Sequence record: SRR31156797_3873
DNA length: 63,626 nucleotides
Strand: one strand, 5' to 3'
In this document: one piece after another, positions 57,725 through 63,626 of the stretch
How positions within the stretch are numbered: position 1 is the first letter of the stretch
How the letters are laid out: every line of letters begins with the position of its first letter
Notes under the pieces: generated by a model
The model's database searches: none
The model's input: the letters and a program-made list of their open reading frames with translations, nothing else
Told to the model about the DNA's origin: nothing
Translations under genes and position numbers: made by a program

Positions 57725-59848
57725 ATGAAAGAGTTTTTACATAGTTTTAAAAAGTATTCAAAAGCAACTTATCGGGTATTGTTGTTTCTTGCAGCAACTG
57801 CGTTAATTGCATATTTACTTCCTCGTGAGCGTACATTTCGGTATGAATATAACAAAGGAGAACCTTGGCGATATGAGGTTTTGATTGCCCCATTTGACTT
57901 TAGAATTTACAAAACTCAGAATGAAATAGCGCAGGAAAAAGATAGTATTCTTAGAAATTTCAGGCCTTATTTTAATTTTGATAGTACAATAGTGGCATCA
58001 GTTAAGAGTGGAATGCTGAATTCTTATGAGGGAAAACTACCAAGCTATAAGCAGAAATATTCATTTCTTTCCCGAAAATATAAAAGTACATTAAATCATG
58101 AGCTAGTAGCTAATTACCTGGATACTGCATTGACTAATATTTATAGTAAAGGAGTAATTGCTGTTCCCGAAGAATATATTGAGAAGCAGAATGAGCTTGA
58201 ATTAATGTTAGTTCGGAATAACCTTGCAGAGCCATTTTTAGCCAGTGAGTTTTTTACTTTACGTTCCGCGTATCAATATTTGACCAAGGAAGTTGCAAAA
58301 GGTCTGGCTTATTCTACAAATGACTTTAAGAAGCTGGAGAGTTTTATTTCGGAGCTGCAATTGAATAAATATTTACAGGTTAATGTGGAGCTGAACGATT
58401 TAAGAACCAGCAAGGAAAAGGAATTGGTTCTTGAAAACATGGCATTAACAAATGGTATTGTTCTGGCAGGGCAGAAAGTAATTGATAAGGGTGAGATTAT
58501 TGATCAGAATGGAGTAAAGAAACTGGATTCCTATAAAAAGGAATATGAATCCAGGGTAGGAACATTATCTGAATACAACATCATTTTTGCTGGACATACT
58601 TTAATTACCTTATTGTTTTTAGCCAGCTTGTTTTTATTTATGTACTTCTACCGTAAAGATGTTTTTTATAATCTGAATCATATTACATTTTTATTGTTGA
58701 TGCTGACTACGGTTATATTTTTAGCATATATATCATACCGCATTCCCGACATCCCGATTTGGGTTATTCCATTTACAATTTTACCATTAATTGTAAGAAC
58801 GTTTATGGATTCTCGATTAGGATTCTTCTTTCATGTTATTGCCATGGTATTGGCTTCGTTTTTTAGCGATAATAGCTTTGAGTTTATATTCCTGCAGATT
58901 CCAGCCGGTGTTACCGGAATATTTAGTTTATATAAAATGGCAAGAAGAGCTCAGATAGTGAGGTCTGCCATCTTCATTTTTATGACTTATAGTGTTTTCT
59001 TTACAGGATTGCATCTGATTCAAGAGGGAGATATTCAAACCATTAATTATAACTATTACATGTATTTTGCTATTAATAGTGTTCTAATATTTATTGTATA
59101 TCCGTTAATCTATATTTTTGAAAAACTGTTCGGCTTTCTTTCTGATGTTACTCTGGTTGAATTATCGGATACGAATCATCCATTATTACGAAAATTAGGA
59201 GAAAATGCACCTGGAACTTTTCAGCATTCAATACAGGTTGGAAATTTGGCTCAGGAAGTAGCCTATAAATTAGAAGCGAATCCTTTACTAGTAAGAGCGG
59301 GTGCCATGTATCATGATATTGGTAAAACTGCTACCCCAATGTATTTTACCGAGAATCAGACTTCAGGTATAAACCCTCATGATAGTATGGATTTTGAAGA
59401 AAGTGCAAAACGTGTAATCGAGCATATTGAAAGAGGAATCAAAATTGCACGTAAACACAAACTTCCGGAAAAAATAATTGATTTTATAGCCACACATCAG
59501 GGAACTACAAAAACAAAGTATTTTTATAATTCATTTATTAATAAATTCCCGGATAAAGAGCCTAATGATGCTAATTTTACTTATCCTGGACCAACACCTT
59601 TTTCAAAGGAAACAGCTATTTTAATGATGGCAGATTCGATTGAGGCAGCAAGTAGAAGTTTGAAAGAATACTCGGATGAAGCGATTGATAAATTAGTAGA
59701 GAATATTGTTAATTCGCAAATTAAGGACGGTCAGTTTTTTAATGCCCCAATTACATTTAAAGAAATTACAAAGGCAAAATTGGTATTTAAGCAAAAGCTT
59801 AAAAATATTTACCACGCCAGAGTTTCTTACCCGAAAATTAAGAAGTAA
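57725..59848 (+). CDS. 7TM-HD phosphohydrolase (PgpH-like, possible c-di-AMP phosphodiesterase)
   Basis: 7TMR-HDED extracellular domain, 7 TMs, 'APGTFQHS', 'YHDIGK', 'FTENQ', 'MMADSIEAASRSL'. Confidence 0.9.
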   Translation: MKEFLHSFKKYSKATYRVLLFLAATALIAYLLPRERTFRYEYNKGEPWRYEVLIAPFDFRIYKTQNEIAQEKDSILRNFRPYFNFDSTIVASVKSGMLNSYEGKLPSYKQKYSFLSRKYKSTLNHELVANYLDTALTNIYSKGVIAVPEEYIEKQNELELMLVRNNLAEPFLASEFFTLRSAYQYLTKEVAKGLAYSTNDFKKLESFISELQLNKYLQVNVELNDLRTSKEKELVLENMALTNGIVLAGQKVIDKGEIIDQNGVKKLDSYKKEYESRVGTLSEYNIIFAGHTLITLLFLASLFLFMYFYRKDVFYNLNHITFLLLMLTTVIFLAYISYRIPDIPIWVIPFTILPLIVRTFMDSRLGFFFHVIAMVLASFFSDNSFEFIFLQIPAGVTGIFSLYKMARRAQIVRSAIFIFMTYSVFFTGLHLIQEGDIQTINYNYYMYFAINSVLIFIVYPLIYIFEKLFGFLSDVTLVELSDTNHPLLRKLGENAPGTFQHSIQVGNLAQEVAYKLEANPLLVRAGAMYHDIGKTATPMYFTENQTSGINPHDSMDFEESAKRVIEHIERGIKIARKHKLPEKIIDFIATHQGTTKTKYFYNSFINKFPDKEPNDANFTYPGPTPFSKETAILMMADSIEAASRSLKEYSDEAIDKLVENIVNSQIKDGQFFNAPITFKEITKAKLVFKQKLKNIYHARVSYPKIKK

Positions 59849-59849
59849 T

Positions 59850-59885
59850 AAAAAAAGAGCCACTTTAAGTGGCTCTTTTTATTTA
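59850..59885. terminator. Bidirectional terminator
   Basis: AAAAAGAGCCAC / GTGGCTCTTTTT between convergent genes. Confidence 0.85.
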
Positions 59886-59893
59886 TAACATGA

Positions 59894-61810
59894 TTAGAAT
59901 TTTTCGTATTCTTCTTTGTCCAATTCTTTGTCTAAATCTATGATTGGTTTCTGAACTTTATGCGTAATGGGCTTATTGAGTTTTACTCCATTATCTTTTG
60001 GGTGAGGATGCTTATTCTCGCTTTTAATATTTTCATTTTTCTGATCAACATTAAAAACAGCAATAGATCTATTTAACATACCGGATAATTGCTCCAGTTC
60101 TTTTGCTGCAGCATTAATTTCTTCTGAGTTTGATGCATTACGCTGTGTAATTTGGTTTAACTGCTGTAATGCGTTATTAATTTGTTCTACTCCGGCAACC
60201 TGTTCTAATGAGGCAGAGGTAATTTCCTGAACTAACATAGCTGTCTTTTCAATTTCAGGAGTAATTTGTTTGATATTTTGGTTTGCTTCATCAGAGCTTT
60301 CAATGGTTTTGTTTGATGCCTCGTTAATTTCATTGGCAGCATGTTGACTTCTTTCTGCAAGCTTGCGTACTTCTGCAGCCACAACCGCAAAGCCTCTTCC
60401 TTCCTGGCCGGCTCTGGCAGCTTCTACCGCAGCGTTAAGAGCAAGAATGTTAGTTTGGAAGGCAATATCTCCAATAATAGAAATCTTCTCGGTAATATTA
60501 TCAAGGTATTTTTTTGCTTCTGCTGAACTGTTATTACTGATTTGAATTCCCTCAACAGCATTAACTGCAATTCGCTCTGTTTCTTTTGAATTTTCAGTAT
60601 TTTGTTGAATATTGGCGTACATTTCTTCCATAGAAGAGGATACTTCTTCTGCAGCAGAAGCTTGCTCGTTAGCGCCTTCACTCAATTCTGTAGATTCTTT
60701 CGCTAACTTTTCACTAGCATTGGTCATCTTCTGAGCACCAATTCTAATCTCGTCAACAACTGTTTTAATATTTTTAACCATTGTGTCTAATGCTGCAGCT
60801 AATCGGCCTACTTCATCTTTACTGTTTGTGGCAAATGAAACAGAAAGGTCTCCTTCTGCTGCTTTTTCTGCTAAAGCAATACCTTTAACCAATGGACGGC
60901 TTATGGATGTTGCAAGTGCGTAACTAAGCGTAACACCCAACAATAAAACGACTATAATGGAAATGATAAGAATTTGCTTTTCGTGATAAACAATATCAGA
61001 ACTTCGATCTCCCATTTGTATTAGATAGTCTAATCCAACTTCCGAAGATTTGCGAACCTCCCACATCACATGTTTAGCTTGTTCATATTTTTTTAATTCT
61101 AACAAACGCGCTTCTTTCGAGCTGGTAATAAAAGTAGGAATCAAAGAGGTGATATCACCTAAAATAGCTCGCAAAGAGGAGGGAGCGGAAGATTGTAATT
61201 TCTCCAGTTCACTATTGATTTGTTGGATATCGTTCAGTTTTAGTACGTTCTTATTGTGATTATAATCCAATAGTTTACTATAAAGTAAGTTGGATTGAGC
61301 CATTGTTTTTTGAACGCTATATGAATTCCCAGCTTCAGATGCTTGTTGTTGTAATGATATAAAATTGGCATTAATTTTCGACCATGAGGATTGACAGTTT
61401 TGTTCCTTAACGGTATAGTCATTTTTTACCTTAATAAAACCTGCAGTTAATTTTCTTAGCTTAGCTAAATCTATTCCTCTTAAGGCTTCGTTATTACTGG
61501 TATCACTTAGTTCTATTAAATTGTCTAGAGCTTGTGTAAAGCTAGATAATTGTTGGTCTGCAACCTTATTAAAATGATTATTTCCGGATAAATCGGTAGC
61601 ATTAAGTAGTCCATTTGCACTTTCCCAAAAATGATCCATTTTAGAGGATTCATTTACGGAAGGAATATACCGGTCAGATAATTGAGTTATTTCTGTTTCA
61701 ACCTTTAAAAGGTTAAATAATAGGATTGCACTGGATACCATGGTTAATAATACCACGATACCAAATCCGGCGCCAACCTTGTCTCTGATTTTAAGATCTC
61801 TCCAAGTCAT
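59894..61810 (-). CDS. Methyl-accepting chemotaxis protein (two TMs, large periplasmic helical sensor, HAMP)
   Basis: TM1 near the N-terminus, HAMP '[14 protein letters not shown]', '[40 protein letters not shown]', C-terminal pentapeptide-like 'EYEKF'. Confidence 0.95.
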   Translation of the reverse strand: MTWRDLKIRDKVGAGFGIVVLLTMVSSAILLFNLLKVETEITQLSDRYIPSVNESSKMDHFWESANGLLNATDLSGNNHFNKVADQQLSSFTQALDNLIELSDTSNNEALRGIDLAKLRKLTAGFIKVKNDYTVKEQNCQSSWSKINANFISLQQQASEAGNSYSVQKTMAQSNLLYSKLLDYNHNKNVLKLNDIQQINSELEKLQSSAPSSLRAILGDITSLIPTFITSSKEARLLELKKYEQAKHVMWEVRKSSEVGLDYLIQMGDRSSDIVYHEKQILIISIIVVLLLGVTLSYALATSISRPLVKGIALAEKAAEGDLSVSFATNSKDEVGRLAAALDTMVKNIKTVVDEIRIGAQKMTNASEKLAKESTELSEGANEQASAAEEVSSSMEEMYANIQQNTENSKETERIAVNAVEGIQISNNSSAEAKKYLDNITEKISIIGDIAFQTNILALNAAVEAARAGQEGRGFAVVAAEVRKLAERSQHAANEINEASNKTIESSDEANQNIKQITPEIEKTAMLVQEITSASLEQVAGVEQINNALQQLNQITQRNASNSEEINAAAKELEQLSGMLNRSIAVFNVDQKNENIKSENKHPHPKDNGVKLNKPITHKVQKPIIDLDKELDKEEYEKF

Positions 61811-62335
61811 AAAGTTCTTATATAAAGGTAGTTGTTTTCCAAATTAAGTTTACCCAATTGGTTTGGGGGCTGAGTGATAGTACGCACAATATTACGTAAA
61901 GGTTATGAAAAAGTCAATGAATTTTTTGTTTTTTTGTTAATAGCAATAAATCCTAAAAAAGTATTTAAATGCCTTATTTTATTGATGTTTAAATTTTATA
62001 GATTTGCATGTTTTAAAACCTTATTTGTCATAATTATGATAGTTTGAGAAAAACTGAATCAATCAAATTTTAAGCAAAAAAAAGAGGGGTAGTTGATTAA
62101 TATTGTCTCTATTTTGAAAATTACTATTAAAAAATAAGGAGGGTAATTGATAAAATATATTTATGAAATTGAAAATATGTGTATTAATCATTCATATGAA
62201 TAGAATGCTCAAAATGGAATTGACGAATTTGCGTTTGATTACTTGCTAAAAATATTACTTTTATAAAATTATTGTACCGTGTTTTAATAATAAGAAAGAG
62301 TTTGTAACAATTCTCTCACTGAAAAAATATAACAA

Positions 62336-63343
62336 ATGAATAAGAATCTTAGACTTGTGTTATTTATTTTGCTTGCTATTGTTAGCATAACAGGTTGTAA
62401 GCAGGAAGAAGGTTTGAAAATAGCGTTTTTGTATCCAGCAGAAGAGTGGGTTAGGTTTAATAAGGAAGCTCATTTTTTTAAGAATTATGCGGAAAAAAAA
62501 GGGGTAGAAGTAATATTGGAAACCGCAGATAATGATGAATCTATACAAATTCAAAGAGCAAACGAACTTTTTGAGAAAGGTATTGATGCTTTGGTACTTA
62601 TTGCGGTGAATGTAAATACTGCTGCGGCAATAGTTAGAAATGCTCATGATGCAGATGTGCCTGTAATGGCATATAATAGAATGATACAAAATAGTGATGT
62701 TGATTTCTTTGTTGCAAGTAGTAATGACCTAATTGGTAAATTAATGGTTGAAGCACTTATTAAAGAAAAGCCTAACGGTAATTATGTATTATTAGGAGGT
62801 GATTTGTTCGATAAAAACGGGGAACAGTTGCAAAGTGCAGTTAAAAAATATTTAGATCCGCATATTAAAAATGGATCTGTTAATTTAGTATATGAAACTT
62901 TTATTGAGAAGTGGAGTGGTGAGGTTGCTGCTTTTGAAATGGAAAAAGTTATTTCTTTGTATGGTGATGATATTGATGCTGTAATTGCAGGATATGATGG
63001 TATGTCAGGTTCTATTATTGAAGTGCTTAAGAAATATAACCTGGAAGGAAAAGTAGCTATTTCAGGACAGGATGCAGAAATTAATGCCTGCAAAGATATT
63101 TTAAATGGATATCAGACCATGACTGTTTTTCATCCTTTAAAAACGATTGCAGAAAAAGGAGCCGAAATAGCTATTGAAATGGCTAAAGGTAAAAAACTGG
63201 ATGATTATAAAAATAGCTCTGATTTTAACGGTACTTATGATATCCCTACGCATCGTGTAAACTCGATAATGGTTACAAAAGATAATATGGAGGAAGTTCT
63301 TGTTAAGTCAGGTTTTTATAAGAAAGAGCAGTTATTTGATTAA
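62336..63343 (+). CDS. Periplasmic sugar-binding lipoprotein (XylF/ChvE-like)
   Basis: Lipobox 'ITGC'; 'VMAYNRMI', 'GNYVLLGG', 'ISGQDAE', 'QTMTVFHP'. Confidence 0.88.
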   Translation: MNKNLRLVLFILLAIVSITGCKQEEGLKIAFLYPAEEWVRFNKEAHFFKNYAEKKGVEVILETADNDESIQIQRANELFEKGIDALVLIAVNVNTAAAIVRNAHDADVPVMAYNRMIQNSDVDFFVASSNDLIGKLMVEALIKEKPNGNYVLLGGDLFDKNGEQLQSAVKKYLDPHIKNGSVNLVYETFIEKWSGEVAAFEMEKVISLYGDDIDAVIAGYDGMSGSIIEVLKKYNLEGKVAISGQDAEINACKDILNGYQTMTVFHPLKTIAEKGAEIAIEMAKGKKLDDYKNSSDFNGTYDIPTHRVNSIMVTKDNMEEVLVKSGFYKKEQLFD

Positions 63344-63358
63344 GCTGAATTTATAGAT

Positions 63359-63394
63359 AAAAAAAAGCGGATGGTTGAATCATCCGCTTTTTTT
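63359..63394. terminator. Bidirectional terminator
   Basis: A-run-GCGGATG / CATCCGC-T-run between convergent genes. Confidence 0.85.
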
Positions 63395-63400
63395 GTGTCT

Positions 63401-63626
63401 TTATTTTTTTATTAATCCGCTTCTTTCCATTAATGCATCCAGAGTTGGTTCTTGTCCTCTGAAGGCAATAAATAAATCCATAGGGTGTTTGGTACTTCCT
63501 TTAGATAAAATGTGCTCTCTAAAAGATTGTGCTGTTTTCTGATCAAAAATGCCATTTTCTTTAAATACACTAAATGCATCTGCATCTAATACCTCAGCCC
63601 ATTTATATCCATAATAACCGGCTGCA
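63401..63626 (-). CDS. M3 family metallopeptidase (Dcp-like), 3' fragment running off the window
   Basis: Minus strand translation AAGYYGYKWAEVLDADAFSVFKENGIFD...FRGQEPTLDALMERSGLIKK*; stop at 63401-63403. Confidence 0.92.
   Translation of the reverse strand, partial: AAGYYGYKWAEVLDADAFSVFKENGIFDQKTAQSFREHILSKGSTKHPMDLFIAFRGQEPTLDALMERSGLIKK

Noticed and set aside
389-63093. Short ORF-track entries antisense to or nested in long genes (e.g. 389-640, 6054-6248, 16423-16689, 31693-32025, 42767-43057, 62360-62689)
   Set aside because: They overlap well-supported genes and show no motifs; shadow ORFs.

Overview
AT-rich chromosomal window from a Bacteroidota bacterium, probably a marine/anaerobic Marinilabiliales-type Bacteroidia. 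This is inferred from SusC/SusD genes, a T9SS cargo, TAnnTTTG promoters, chemoreceptors and an [FeFe]-hydrogenase-like sensor. Bases 1-11.6 kb hold a polysaccharide utilisation locus (SusR-like regulator, SusC, SusD, SusE/F-like protein, two GH30), most likely for beta-1,6-glucan or laminarin branches. Next come an rlmD-DEAD helicase operon and a 1557-aa T9SS-secreted repeat adhesin co-oriented with a 64-aa peptide gene. The rest is mostly housekeeping (dus, pfkB, rocD, argS, DPP-IV, thrS-infC-rpmI-rplT, dapB, two lepB, wbqC, 7TM-HD), plus a RelE/ParE toxin-antitoxin pair, two MCP chemoreceptors, an orphan sugar-binding lipoprotein and the 3' end of an M3 peptidase. I saw no rRNA, tRNA, transposase or cas gene. 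The best leads are: (i) a compact attenuator-like leader (GNRA hairpin, anti-terminator, terminator) in front of dus; (ii) the T9SS adhesin plus YxKP-leader micropeptide module; (iii) unexplained periodic palindromic repeat arrays and nested MITE-like elements; (iv) a hydrogenase-MCP fusion and an MCP/solute-binding-protein pair; (v) an RDD-LepB fusion; (vi) a candidate L20 leader between rpmI and rplT. All calls come from reading motifs by eye; no database search was run.
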